This document shows, in pieces, positions 34,246 through 42,963 of a stretch of DNA of 46,500 bases. This DNA comes from a virus (lineage: Duplodnaviria; Heunggongvirae; Uroviricota; Caudoviricetes). The notes below the pieces were generated by a model that saw only the letters and a list, made by a program, of their open reading frames with translations, searched no databases and was not told the origin of the DNA. Each line of letters begins with the position of its first letter. The first letter of the stretch is position 1. Location of the stretch: IMG/VR virus record IMGVR_UViG_2718218452_000013; one strand, written 5' to 3'. Position numbers and translations under genes: made by a program.

Positions 34246-34269
34246 AACTTTCAGTAAACAATTGGCATA

Positions 34270-34653
34270 TTAATTAGAGTTATTAACAACGATATCCATC
34301 TCTAACCGGATATCTAATGCCATTAACATCCCTTCAATTATGCCCTCAGCCTTCTGTAACCTTTTCCCGATATAACCATCAGAGCAGCAATGCTTACCTG
34401 CCAGTGACATGAATGTCATACCGACTACATAATAATCTACTAATAAATCGTGCAAATCGCTGTTGTTCTTTTTCAGACGGGCCATGCACCCGCAAATGAT
34501 CATCGCGTCATCGTCACAACATTGCGGGCGAGATTTTACTTTTGAAGGAATTAATCCCTTAAAACCGGCGGCAATGGACGACCAGGTCACATCTTCATGA
34601 TTATTAGCCGCCCACGCTCCCCAACGTTCAAGAACCATCTGAATATCACGCAT
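34270..34653 (-). CDS. Q: late-gene antitermination protein Q (DLP12 QuuD-like)
   Basis: ATG at 34653 gives [33 protein letters not shown]... (127 aa), Cys-rich, immediately upstream of the late region. Confidence 0.8.
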   Translation of the reverse strand: MRDIQMVLERWGAWAANNHEDVTWSSIAAGFKGLIPSKVKSRPQCCDDDAMIICGCMARLKKNNSDLHDLLVDYYVVGMTFMSLAGKHCCSDGYIGKRLQKAEGIIEGMLMALDIRLEMDIVVNNSN

Positions 34654-34670
34654 TAACTTTCTCCACAAAA

Positions 34671-35666
34671 TCAGGCCAGCACACCAATCGCCAGTGCGCG
34701 ATCGATAAAACGAAATATCAGCTCCAGCTGGGAGCCATACTTCTCTTCAAATGCCACGGTATCCGCATGCAGTTCGTCGTGGTGTTTTCTGCACAAAGGC
34801 AGCACAAAAAGGTCATGCGCTTTTGTACCCATTCCACCCTGACCATGGCCTATCAGATGATGCGGATCATCAGCTGGCTTTCCACAACATGCACACGGCT
34901 GTGTCTTAACCCAGCGCGTGTACTTTTCATTAACCCAGCGGCGACGTTTTGGGCGTAACATAAAAGACTCCGGCGACTCCGGATCCACTTTCAGCGCCAG
35001 CACCTTTTTCGCCTTATCCTGGATGATGCTGGTGGCAGGAACCGAAGGCACAAGGTCACTTTCCCGGGTAACAGACGGCACAACAGGCTTCGGTAATCTC
35101 AGTGCCTTACGGGCTGCACTTTCCGGTAAGGCATCCGCCAGATCATTACGAATCAGCCACCAGCACAGTTCCGGCATTGTCACAACGTGACTGTCATCAA
35201 AACCGAGATCCCGACGCACAACAGACAACACCCAGCGGGCACAGTTATCCGTTGCCATTGATTCCAGCCGTTCCGTGAACTGATCGCGCAGCTGGTTATC
35301 GCAGTGCCAGCACAGACGGATTGCACCCGGAGCGTGTCGCATTGTGGTCATGTTCTCGCTGTGCCAGTCGGAATGAGGCCACTGGCAGCCTTTTTCACGA
35401 AGTAACCAGCTTTCAAGACATTCCACGCCACCAGCACGACGGATCACTGCCTCATTGCGGAACACGGCCCGAACGGCAGGATCATCCGCCAGCGGTTGTG
35501 ATGCCGCCGGAACGGCACCACTGGCGAAAGATGAATAACGCTCCGGCTCAGGCTCCAGCAGGACACGCCCCTGCATAAACAGGGGCATCAGCTCTGAACC
35601 TGGCCTGAACAATACGATCCCCATACGCGGGGCAATTTCAGGGGTCAGTAGTGCTCTCACGGTCAC
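34671..35666 (-). CDS. DUF968-family protein (YdfU-like) with C-terminal HNH-like Cys/His motif
   Basis: 331-aa ORF; C-terminal ...[43 protein letters not shown]. Confidence 0.7.
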   Translation of the reverse strand: MTVRALLTPEIAPRMGIVLFRPGSELMPLFMQGRVLLEPEPERYSSFASGAVPAASQPLADDPAVRAVFRNEAVIRRAGGVECLESWLLREKGCQWPHSDWHSENMTTMRHAPGAIRLCWHCDNQLRDQFTERLESMATDNCARWVLSVVRRDLGFDDSHVVTMPELCWWLIRNDLADALPESAARKALRLPKPVVPSVTRESDLVPSVPATSIIQDKAKKVLALKVDPESPESFMLRPKRRRWVNEKYTRWVKTQPCACCGKPADDPHHLIGHGQGGMGTKAHDLFVLPLCRKHHDELHADTVAFEEKYGSQLELIFRFIDRALAIGVLA

Positions 35667-35667
35667 C

Positions 35668-36477
35668 TCAATGAACGGTATCGAGCAGCTTTAACAGCTC
35701 AGGGAATCGGGATTCGAAGAAATGCGGCTGCGTCTCGCGCGGATTTGCGGGACTGGTGATGTTCTTGCCGAACATGCAACCTTTCGCTGTCAGCGACCAG
35801 AATTTTTTGATGTTGTTAATCGCTGTACGGCTGTATCGTTCGCGCTGCTCGACGATCCCCAGTTTCACCATCTGGTGATATGCCTGATTAGCCGTCAGGC
35901 GTATACCATACTGTTTCAGCAGTGCACTCAGTGACAGTGTCGGGCGACTTGAGCCATCGTGTGCATCAGCAGGAGCATCAATGGCATAGCGCGGTGCCAG
36001 ATTCGGTAAGCCAACAGCCTCCTGGAGTTTCTGACAGGCACCAAGCACTGAAGAGTTAGACAGGTTTAACTCCCGGCGCATAAAGTCCAGCAGGATCACG
36101 CCAGCCTGCATCTTGTCAGCAGCCTGTCCGGATAATTTTTCCGGTGCGCTGGTTACCATATCGAAAGTACGGATCACCTTCAGATGGAATGACGGGCTGA
36201 TCCACATTGCATAGGCATACACCAGTTCCTTGCAGACATACGTTCCCCGTTCATTTCCCCCATGAATCACACTCACCGGGTCAACACCCAAATTCTGGGT
36301 GTTGGTCAATTCATGAACAAGCTCAACAGTTTGTTGGCTGGAAAGAAACTTTCCCGGCTCCTTGGTTCTGGCATTTGCACCAGATGCTACTGCTGCGCGA
36401 TGCAGATCGTTCAGGCTGTAACGCCCATAAGCATCACGACGAACTTCAATACCATCAATGACCATCAGATTATTCAT
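35668..36477 (-). CDS. KilA-N domain protein (antirepressor-like)
   Basis: ATG at 36477 (MNNLMVIDGIEVRRDAYGRYSLNDLHRAAVASG...), KilA-N-like N-terminus. Confidence 0.7.
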   Translation of the reverse strand: MNNLMVIDGIEVRRDAYGRYSLNDLHRAAVASGANARTKEPGKFLSSQQTVELVHELTNTQNLGVDPVSVIHGGNERGTYVCKELVYAYAMWISPSFHLKVIRTFDMVTSAPEKLSGQAADKMQAGVILLDFMRRELNLSNSSVLGACQKLQEAVGLPNLAPRYAIDAPADAHDGSSRPTLSLSALLKQYGIRLTANQAYHQMVKLGIVEQRERYSRTAINNIKKFWSLTAKGCMFGKNITSPANPRETQPHFFESRFPELLKLLDTVH

Positions 36478-36496
36478 ACTTCGTTTCTCCTCTTGA

Positions 36497-36886
36497 TCAG
36501 GCGGCTGCACCCGCCGTTTTCTCGTACTTACTGATAGTGATCTCGACCTTCCCTTTCGGGATAACCGGTCCCCACTCCACCAGCATTCTTTTCACCTGAC
36601 TGTCGTCTTCCCACACACCCGCATGGGTCAGGGCGTCAAACAGCGCCTTGTTATAGTTGTCCAGATCGCGGATCCGGTTATCCGGAGGAAACAACACGAT
36701 CTCCACTGAAGCAGGTGCCGACGTTGGTTTCGGCAGACGACGTAACTGCTCAACTATTGCTGCGCACGCCGCGCTCTGGAATTTGCGCCCCGCTGCGCTT
36801 ATCAGACTCTTACCAGCAAACGCCCCTTTGTTGGGGTGTCGCCAGTACGTGTTCACGCTGGGCGGAAAAGGCAGGATCAGCTTCAT
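36497..36886 (-). CDS. rusA: Holliday junction resolvase RusA
   Basis: 129-aa ORF MKLILPFPPSVNTYWRHPNKGAFAGKSLISAAGRKFQ...DLDNYNKALFDALTHAGVWEDDSQV. Confidence 0.85.
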   Translation of the reverse strand: MKLILPFPPSVNTYWRHPNKGAFAGKSLISAAGRKFQSAACAAIVEQLRRLPKPTSAPASVEIVLFPPDNRIRDLDNYNKALFDALTHAGVWEDDSQVKRMLVEWGPVIPKGKVEITISKYEKTAGAAA

Positions 36887-37209
36887 ACTTTCAGGCCCCT
36901 CTCATGTAACCAGTGGGCTGCACGCAGCCTGGCGTTTTCCTCACCGGCAAGCAGTGCGCGGATAATCCCGACCGCCTCGCTGTCGTCGTCCTTCACCGCG
37001 GTATGAAGAGTTATCCCCCGGGCCACGCCACGCTTTATCGTGATGACGCCTTTTTTCTCCAGTGCGCGAAGATGCTCCACCGCTGCATTCACCGAACGGT
37101 ATCCCAGCATGGTTGCCACCTCCTGATTGGTTGGCGGAAAGCCACGTTCTTGCTGGTAAGAAATCAGCATATCCAGCACCTGCTGCTGGCATTGAGTTAA
37201 CGTCGTCAT
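36883..37209 (-). CDS. LexA N-terminal DNA-binding domain protein (no peptidase domain)
   Basis: 108-aa ORF MTTLTQCQQQVLDMLISYQQERGFPPTNQEVATMLGYRSVNAAVEHLRALEKKGVI... Confidence 0.6.
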   Translation of the reverse strand: MTTLTQCQQQVLDMLISYQQERGFPPTNQEVATMLGYRSVNAAVEHLRALEKKGVITIKRGVARGITLHTAVKDDDSEAVGIIRALLAGEENARLRAAHWLHERGLKV

Positions 37210-37859
37210 GCCGCCATCTCCCTGACCAGTTTTTCCGCCTGCTGGCGAACCTGCGCCAGAAAGGCCTCACCACATGCCTCAAGTTCATCGCGCCCGATGT
37301 AGCTGATTGCCGGTCCCTTCCAGGTCTTGTCGAAAACAGCAATAGCACCAGCGAAGAAAGCGCCTGTCGGCACCTGCTTCTCATCCTTCGGGATAAACCA
37401 GGCAGGCAGTTCAAAACCAATACGCCCGCGAATAAAAGCAATATGGTCCGCATCTTCCGGCCACCACACTTCGCTGGTGGCAGCTTTGATCAGGAAAACA
37501 TAGCGCCCGCCCTTATCACGCATGGCACTGGCATGTTTCATGATGTAACGCATGCCGGTGATGTATTGCCCCTCATGCTGACTGGCGCGGCTGTATGGGG
37601 GATTACCAAAGGCAGCACCTTTAAGCTCCGCAAGACGTTCTGACCAGTCATGCGCCAGCGCGTTGTCTTCCGCCGTGTAATACGCGGCACATTTGGCGTT
37701 ATCACCGTCAGTAAACAGATCCAGAACAAACGGGCCAAACAGGGTGTTAATTCCCCAGAAAATGTTGTCCGGTGTGCGCCACTGATCGCCCACTTCCTTC
37801 AGTTCATGGGCTGGTTTGTTTCGCAACTCCACCAGCGCCTGGCAATATTTATTACTCAT
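37206..37859 (-). CDS. phage DNA N6-adenine methyltransferase (Dam-like)
   Basis: ATG at 37859 (MSNKYCQALVELRNK...), NPPY catalytic motif (AFGNPPYSRA); start overlaps the upstream stop (TAATG). Confidence 0.8.
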   Translation of the reverse strand: MSNKYCQALVELRNKPAHELKEVGDQWRTPDNIFWGINTLFGPFVLDLFTDGDNAKCAAYYTAEDNALAHDWSERLAELKGAAFGNPPYSRASQHEGQYITGMRYIMKHASAMRDKGGRYVFLIKAATSEVWWPEDADHIAFIRGRIGFELPAWFIPKDEKQVPTGAFFAGAIAVFDKTWKGPAISYIGRDELEACGEAFLAQVRQQAEKLVREMAA

Positions 37860-38353
37860 TAAGCCCCCACGTAATTCCCTGACAGATACCACTCTTCACC
37901 CGATGCAGCGCGCTTGCTGCTTTTCCGTAAGCACCGCTCACGACGCGCCAGAAAATTGTTTCGTTCTGGCTGGGAGTGGCTTTCACGGAATGCCGCCATC
38001 CACACCGTTGCAGCACGACGGTATAAGCCCCTGGACTCCAGTTCTTCAGCCTGGCGGGTCAGGCACAAAATCACCCGTGGATCGTTAGTGCCGACATAGA
38101 AATTGCGCACAGGTCTGGTTTCTCGAACTGGTTGTGGTTCCGGTTCCTGCGCTCTCTCAGTCAGGCGCGGGAAATGTCTGCGTGTATCTCCTTCACAACG
38201 GTGAGCCACACGCCCACTCTGACGTAACTTGCTTGCTGACTGCAGAACGCGCTGCCGTGAGTAACCTGCAAAAGCATCCGCAATGTCTCCGGAAGTACAT
38301 CCCGGATGGGCTTCAATGAATTTCTGAACTTCATTCAAAAGACTCATGATCAC
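37859..38353 (-). CDS. putative transcriptional regulator with PerC-like C-terminal region
   Basis: 164-aa ORF; C-terminal ...AEELESRGLYRRAATVWMAAFRESHSQPERNNFLARRERCL resembles the PerC/Pch motif; assignment by motif only. Confidence 0.45.
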   Translation of the reverse strand: MIMSLLNEVQKFIEAHPGCTSGDIADAFAGYSRQRVLQSASKLRQSGRVAHRCEGDTRRHFPRLTERAQEPEPQPVRETRPVRNFYVGTNDPRVILCLTRQAEELESRGLYRRAATVWMAAFRESHSQPERNNFLARRERCLRKSSKRAASGEEWYLSGNYVGA

Positions 38354-39265
38354 CCCCTGAATCCTGCCGGGATCTGGCTGTAGTCCACGTTGTCGTAACT
38401 GGATTTGAAGTACGGGTCTTCGCGTTTTTCGGTGTACGTGCTGACGGACGGTGATAAGCGCAGGGAAAGCTCATCCCATTTTTCCCGCAACTTCGACGGG
38501 CTGAGCACGTTACGGCACCAGAACGGATCGCGGCTGACGCGGCTGTACATCTCGCAGATTTGTTTGTGAGTACGACCATCCTGCACACACATCAGGCGAA
38601 TTTCGTTTGCCCAGGCTGTCCAGTTCGGTTCTTTGGGACGAACCACCTCGCCGTCACATTCGGCGGCTTGCTCGTACAGGGCGATGATTTTTTTCCAGAG
38701 CCACTGTGCGCAGGTCAAATCATCCTGCGTTCCCCACTGGCGCTTTTTAGGGCTGAATACAACCGCATCAGGATGGCGAGTTAAAAAATCCTGTTCATCC
38801 GTCTGCGTGTCCGGTTGCGAAGCGTCCGGACGAGAAGGTTTTTTATCTGACGGATCATGTTTTGATTTTACTGACGGATCCCCGCCAGATTCTGACGGGT
38901 GAAAACCCGCTTTTTTGCCAGATTTCGACGCATCAAATTTTGACGGGTCAGATTTTGATGCGTCAGATTTTGACGGGTCAGAATCTGACAGTTGAGAAAA
39001 TGCCGCTGCCTGGAAGCTTCGCAACGTTAAGCTGATAAACATTCGACGCATTGCGGTTACCCTGGCGACGCGCCTTACGCGTTAACCAGCCTTCTGCTTC
39101 CAGCCGTGCGATAGCCGTCCTGACGGTACTCATCCCCGCGCCAATCTGACAGGCAATGGTTTCAATTGATGGCCAGCACACACCTTCGTCATTACTGAAA
39201 TCAGCCAGGCGGGCCATAATTGCCACGCTGGATAATTCATGCCTGATGCAGCGCAACCATCCCAT
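38350..39265 (-). pseudogene. replication initiator O-like protein, split between two frames near the iteron array
   Basis: N-terminal HTH ORF (38978..39265; ...RLEAEGWLTRKARRQGNRNASNVYQLNV) and C-terminal ORF (38350..39051) overlap in different frames; the iteron-encoded SKSD repeats fall at the junction; plus-strand A4 run at 38997..39000 is the likely frameshift site. Confidence 0.6.
38840..38992. repeat. replication origin iterons (about 6 direct repeats of a 16-17-bp unit, consensus tcAGATTTTGACGgg) inside the O-like gene
   Basis: direct repeats ccagattctgacggg / cagatttcgacgcatc / caaattttgacgggtc / cagattttgatgcgtc / cagattttgacgggtc / cagaatctgacag. Confidence 0.75.
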
Positions 39266-39300
39266 ACATAGCCGGTTAATTTAGTGCTCATGACCGACCT

Positions 39301-39639
39301 CTATTTCCCTGAATTTACGACGAAACTGTTCGAGCGGGCTGAAGCACTCATGCTCATAGCCTTCGCGGAGGTAGATAACTCGTTGTGTTTCCGGCTCCCA
39401 ACGAATGACTCTGACGGGTACTCCGTAGTGATCTTTGAACCAGCGGTTAACTTGTCGCAAAGGACTGTCTCCTTCTGCCGGTTAAAATCACCCACAGCCC
39501 ACTCTGCAAAGCTGTGGGTTACAATTACCCTGCCACCTGGTACATTAACTGCATAGCAATACTCCACCTTCGCTTTTCCACCCGGTACAGGAAGCGCAAT
39601 CAGTTGCGAGCGACGGTAGTGTGTTGTTAAACTGTTCAT
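39301..39639 (-). CDS. hypothetical phage protein (e14 YmfM-like by size and position)
   Basis: 112-aa ORF whose start overlaps the upstream gene stop; an antisense + ORF (39284..39556) also exists; strand chosen by synteny. Confidence 0.45.
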   Translation of the reverse strand: MNSLTTHYRRSQLIALPVPGGKAKVEYCYAVNVPGGRVIVTHSFAEWAVGDFNRQKETVLCDKLTAGSKITTEYPSESFVGSRKHNELSTSAKAMSMSASARSNSFVVNSGK

Positions 39640-40187
39640 GCGTTAGTTTCTCCACAGTCACGACACGCCACGGCGCCCGGAGCTGCACACTCGCGGGCGT
39701 CATTACTTTCTGAAATGCAAAAAATTTTGTAGACCAGTGCTGCATGCTCCTGCAGCTTCGAAATTGAGAGGTACAGCTCGTCGTTAATTGCTGTCTTCTC
39801 ATGCGGTTCCACTACACCGTCTTCAATTGCTGAACGAATCTGTTTTGAATAACTGCCGATCTGTTCAATGACCTCCAGCAGGCGTTGGTTGATATCGGCG
39901 TTGTCCACATCCTCGACATCAGGAAGAGACACAAAGACGCCATTTGCAGACTGCGCCACAGCGTCAGCAATGAAGTGAGTTCCACCAGCACGTTGCAAAA
40001 TCATTGCCCATCCCAGCGGGAAAATCTGATCGCCATCGGCACGAAGGCGGTTAAATAATGCGTTCTCTGTTACATCCAGCCAGTCAGCAGCTTCAGCGTA
40101 CCCCCCCGGCAACGCTGCGATAGTTTTTCTGACAGCTTTCACGTACCACTCAGGCTGTTTTTCTACTTTCCAGTGATGCTTACCCAC
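39636..40187 (-). CDS. CII-like phage regulatory protein (YmfL/CP76 family)
   Basis: 183-aa ORF immediately downstream of the cro-like gene; family assignment from memory, moderate. Confidence 0.5.
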   Translation of the reverse strand: MGKHHWKVEKQPEWYVKAVRKTIAALPGGYAEAADWLDVTENALFNRLRADGDQIFPLGWAMILQRAGGTHFIADAVAQSANGVFVSLPDVEDVDNADINQRLLEVIEQIGSYSKQIRSAIEDGVVEPHEKTAINDELYLSISKLQEHAALVYKIFCISESNDARECAAPGAVACRDCGETNA

Positions 40188-40440
40188 GGTTCACCTCCTG
40201 TTCCTGTGGTTTAAACCCATTCTGGTTTTGGCTAGATTGAAAACGTGCCGGATAAAGAATCTGCATTTCGCTGACTTCACCCTTAAAAAAATTGGCTAAA
40301 CGTTCTGCAAGCTCGATAGATGGAATCTGCTCCAGCCTCTCAATACGACTCAACGTCGCTGGATTGACTTGAACACCCGCAGCAACATGCTGCAAAGTGA
40401 AACCATGCGCCTTACGCACATTTCGTAATGGTGATTGCAT
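40180..40440 (-). CDS. cro: Cro-like HTH repressor
   Basis: 86-aa ORF with HTH (GFTLQHVAAGVQVNPATLSRIERLEQIPSIELAERLANFF), divergent from the cI-like gene. Confidence 0.75.
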   Translation of the reverse strand: MQSPLRNVRKAHGFTLQHVAAGVQVNPATLSRIERLEQIPSIELAERLANFFKGEVSEMQILYPARFQSSQNQNGFKPQEQEVNRG

Positions 40441-40537
40441 ACGTCCTCCAAATATTGCGCGTTATGCATGTTATTTCACGCAATTATTTTGCGCAAGTTG
40501 ATTTGCTTATCACGCAATAAAGAAATGTAATAAACGC
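40441..40537. promoter_or_regulatory. OR-like operator/promoter region between the cro-like and cI-like genes
   Basis: repeated operator-like half-sites (tatttcacgcaatt, ttatcacgcaataa, attgcgcgtta, ttttgcgcaagt) in the 97-bp divergent intergenic region. Confidence 0.6.
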
Positions 40538-41230
40538 ATGAACATAGGAAACCGAGTCAGACAACTTCGCCAAGCGAAGAACATGAAAATCGCCGATCTC
40601 GCTGAAGCGATAGGAGTAGATGCGGCGAACATCTCGCGCTTAGAAACGGGTAAGCAAAAACAATTTACCGAACAAACACTGAGTAATATTGCCAAGAGCT
40701 TAGGTGTTGATATTGCTGATCTCTTTACCTCTGCCCACAAAAGTAATACTGTATATAAAAACAGTAATAATGAGGATGTTGCGCAGGTGAAGGATGTGTT
40801 CCGTATTGAAATGCTGGATATCAGTGCCAGTGCGGGAAATGGCCTTATCCAGGGCGGTGATGTCATTGATGTGATTCATGCCATCGAATACAGAACTGAT
40901 AATGCTGTATCAATGTTCGGCGGACGACCAGCCAATCACATCAAAGTTATCAACGTTCGTGGGGACAGTATGTGTCCAACCATTGAGCCAGGAGATCTCA
41001 TCTTCGTTGATGTCAGCATCAATCAGTTTGATGGTGATGGTATATATGTCTTTGGTTTTGATGACAAAATATACGTTAAAAGACTTCAAATGATTCCTGA
41101 CAAACTGCTGGTGATTTCTGATAACCAGATTTACCGTGAATGGGGAATTACTAGCGAAAACGAACACCGATTCATGGTCTTTGGAAAGGTCTTAATCAGT
41201 CAGTCGCAAACCCTTAAGAGACATAATTAA
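40538..41230 (+). CDS. cI: CI-like prophage repressor (HTH-XRE + S24 LexA-like peptidase domain)
   Basis: 230-aa ORF MNIGNRVRQLRQAKNMKIADLAEAIGVDAANISRLETGKQ...; C-terminal peptidase-like region (VRGDSMCPTIEPGDLIFVD). Confidence 0.85.
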   Translation: MNIGNRVRQLRQAKNMKIADLAEAIGVDAANISRLETGKQKQFTEQTLSNIAKSLGVDIADLFTSAHKSNTVYKNSNNEDVAQVKDVFRIEMLDISASAGNGLIQGGDVIDVIHAIEYRTDNAVSMFGGRPANHIKVINVRGDSMCPTIEPGDLIFVDVSINQFDGDGIYVFGFDDKIYVKRLQMIPDKLLVISDNQIYREWGITSENEHRFMVFGKVLISQSQTLKRHN

Positions 41231-41250
41231 CCTCAATATCCCATCCATCG

Positions 41251-41272
41251 GCCACCGAAAGGTGGCTTTTTA
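41251..41272 (+). terminator. rho-independent terminator after the cI-like gene
   Basis: gccacc-gaaa-ggtggc followed by ttttta. Confidence 0.7.
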
Positions 41273-41280
41273 TTACCTAT

Positions 41281-41340
41281 AAATTTGCATATCACGCAAA
41301 TATCACTTGCATATCTCGCAATTTAATTTTATCTTTTGTT
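41281..41340 (+). promoter_or_regulatory. OL/pL-like operator-promoter region
   Basis: operator half-sites matching OR (atatcacgcaaat, atatctcgcaatt) overlapping a candidate -35 TTGCAT / -10 TATCTT promoter. Confidence 0.5.
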
Positions 41341-41486
41341 CCAGACCAACTACAGGATTACAACAAAATCTGGTTGCAACACGGTGCATGTGTCGTAAGC
41401 AGTCAGTAAATGTCAAAAACGAACAGGCAGGACGCCCACGAAGTAGCCGCCTGGGGCATATGAAGTCCAGGATGATTCGTTAGCAA

Positions 41487-41511
41487 CAAAAAAGCGCCCT
41501 ACAGGACGCTT
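41487..41511 (-). terminator. candidate rho-independent terminator of the 41550..42041 gene
   Basis: minus-strand hairpin (one mismatch) followed by a U-run, about 40 nt after the stop. Confidence 0.4.
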
Positions 41512-41549
41512 AGCTCTTTAACAATCTGGATATCCACAACAGTAGTAAT

Positions 41550-42041
41550 CTACAGATTGCCGTTAAGTTTTCTGGACAACTCCTCAATGGATGGAGGCGA
41601 TACGTAATCCGGATTTTTATTCATCAGAAACTTATTTTCACAGTGGAGGCACCTGCTTTTATGAAAAAGCTCATCTTCGCTAACCGGGAATGGTTGAAGT
41701 ATCGATACTATCTTTTGTCCAAAACATTTTGGGCAAAGATGCATGGTTATGCTGCCACCGTTCACGATTACCTCCTTCGAGTATACAAAAGTACCCGACT
41801 CAAGTTGGTTAAGGATATAGCCTTCCGTCTGAGCCTCAAAGTTTTCGAATTCTGCAATTTTAGCTTTGAGAGAAGCATTTATTTCTTGATAAGAGCCCAC
41901 CAGTTCAACGAGAGACACGCATTCGCGCTGAATAGACGCAAGCTTTGAGTTCAGCTCACCAATAGCCGCATTTACTTCAGCTTGAGTTTTTGCCTCGTTC
42001 ATTAGTTTTGCAATCTGGGCTGTTTCACGAATAGCCGTCAT
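41550..42041 (-). CDS. hypothetical protein: N-terminal coiled-coil, C-terminal CxxC...CxxC zinc-ribbon
   Basis: ATG at 42041 (MTAIRETAQIAKLMNEAKTQAEVNAAIGELNSKLASIQRECVSL...HLCPKCFGQK...CLHCENKF), 164 aa; the upstream part of the 259-aa track ORF is Arg-rich low complexity and probably untranslated. Confidence 0.55.
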   Translation of the reverse strand: MTAIRETAQIAKLMNEAKTQAEVNAAIGELNSKLASIQRECVSLVELVGSYQEINASLKAKIAEFENFEAQTEGYILNQLESGTFVYSKEVIVNGGSITMHLCPKCFGQKIVSILQPFPVSEDELFHKSRCLHCENKFLMNKNPDYVSPPSIEELSRKLNGNL

Positions 42042-42352
42042 TGCTGCCGTTAATTCAGCGATCACATTGAATACTCTTATTGTTGTTGGGGATATCCAGA
42101 TTAACCGAATCCTTGTTGTTGGGGAATAACCAGGTCCACCTCGCCTGATGTGGCTAAAAGCAGGCACATAACAGCTAAGTATTTTCAACCAGAGAGAATC
42201 CTTAGCGTTGTGGTGAATGCGGCTCAGCGCACGCGGGTTAAGGTTGAGGCTGACAGTCGACCTTCTGTGGATACCCACCCGCCTGGTGTGCAACCTTCGC
42301 CAGGCACCGGGAGGCACCCGGCACCACAACTTTATGCTGTGTGTAGTCCTGG

Positions 42353-42398
42353 CGGTACCAGTTTGTACCCTTGCTTCCGGCTGGTACCGTCCTTTTTT
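42353..42398 (+). terminator. rho-independent terminator (tL1-like) on the + strand
   Basis: cggtaccag ... ctggtaccg stem followed by tcctttttt. Confidence 0.55.
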
Positions 42399-42535
42399 GC
42401 AAAACAGAGAAGAGCATCACCGGACGACGGGCTCATAACCCAATCCATCCGGGCGGCTGCCACCGCAGGTGTTCTTCTCTGTTTTGTGGAGAAACCAACC
42501 GACCTTGCAGGGTCGATATGATGAGGAGCAGCAAA

Positions 42536-42898
42536 ATGGCTAGCGAACGCAGTACTGATGTGCAGGCATTTATCGGGGAGCTGGACGGCGGCGTATTTGA
42601 AACCAAAATCGGCGCAGTTCTCAGTGAGGTCGCTTCCGGTGTGATGAACACGAAAACCAAAGGGAAGGTCTCACTCAATCTGGAAATCGAACCGTTTGAT
42701 GAGAACCGTGTGAAAATCAAACACAAACTCTCATATGTTCGCCCAACTAACCGCGGGAAAATTTCCGAAGAAGACACCACCGAAACGCCGATGTATGTCA
42801 ATCGCGGTGGTCGCCTGACTATTCTGCAGGAAGACCAGGGACAATTACTGACTCTTGCCGGTGAACCTGACGGAAAACTCCGCGCAGCAGGTCGTTAA
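42536..42898 (+). CDS. phage protein, CPS-53 YfdP-like
   Basis: ATG at 42536 preceded by GAGGAG RBS (MASERSTDVQAFIGELDGGVFETKIG...), 120 aa. Confidence 0.6.
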   Translation: MASERSTDVQAFIGELDGGVFETKIGAVLSEVASGVMNTKTKGKVSLNLEIEPFDENRVKIKHKLSYVRPTNRGKISEEDTTETPMYVNRGGRLTILQEDQGQLLTLAGEPDGKLRAAGR

Positions 42899-42963
42899 TA
42901 TCGTTCGTAATAAACTGATTATTTATCTCATCACTGAATATCTTTATATAGTGAGGACTTATT

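Noticed and set aside
38840-38992. Short direct-repeat array that could be mistaken for a CRISPR array
   Set aside because: Repeats are about 16 bp, contiguous without unique spacers, and lie inside a replication-initiator gene; these are origin iterons, not CRISPR.
39284-39556. 90-aa + strand ORF antisense to the YmfM-like gene
   Set aside because: The - strand ORF is translationally coupled to its neighbour and fits operon synteny; the + strand ORF is kept only as an alternative.
41643-41948. 101-aa basic + strand ORF between pL and the early-left genes, considered as a possible N-like antiterminator
   Set aside because: Fully antisense to the better-supported 164-aa - strand gene; Phe/Leu/Tyr/Arg/Lys-rich as expected for the reverse frame of an acidic AT-rich gene; no convincing RBS. 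Not excluded absolutely.
42150-42521. 123-aa + strand ORF spanning the structured region and terminator
   Set aside because: Reads straight through a rho-independent terminator hairpin; Pro/Arg/Gly-rich low-complexity; more likely non-coding.
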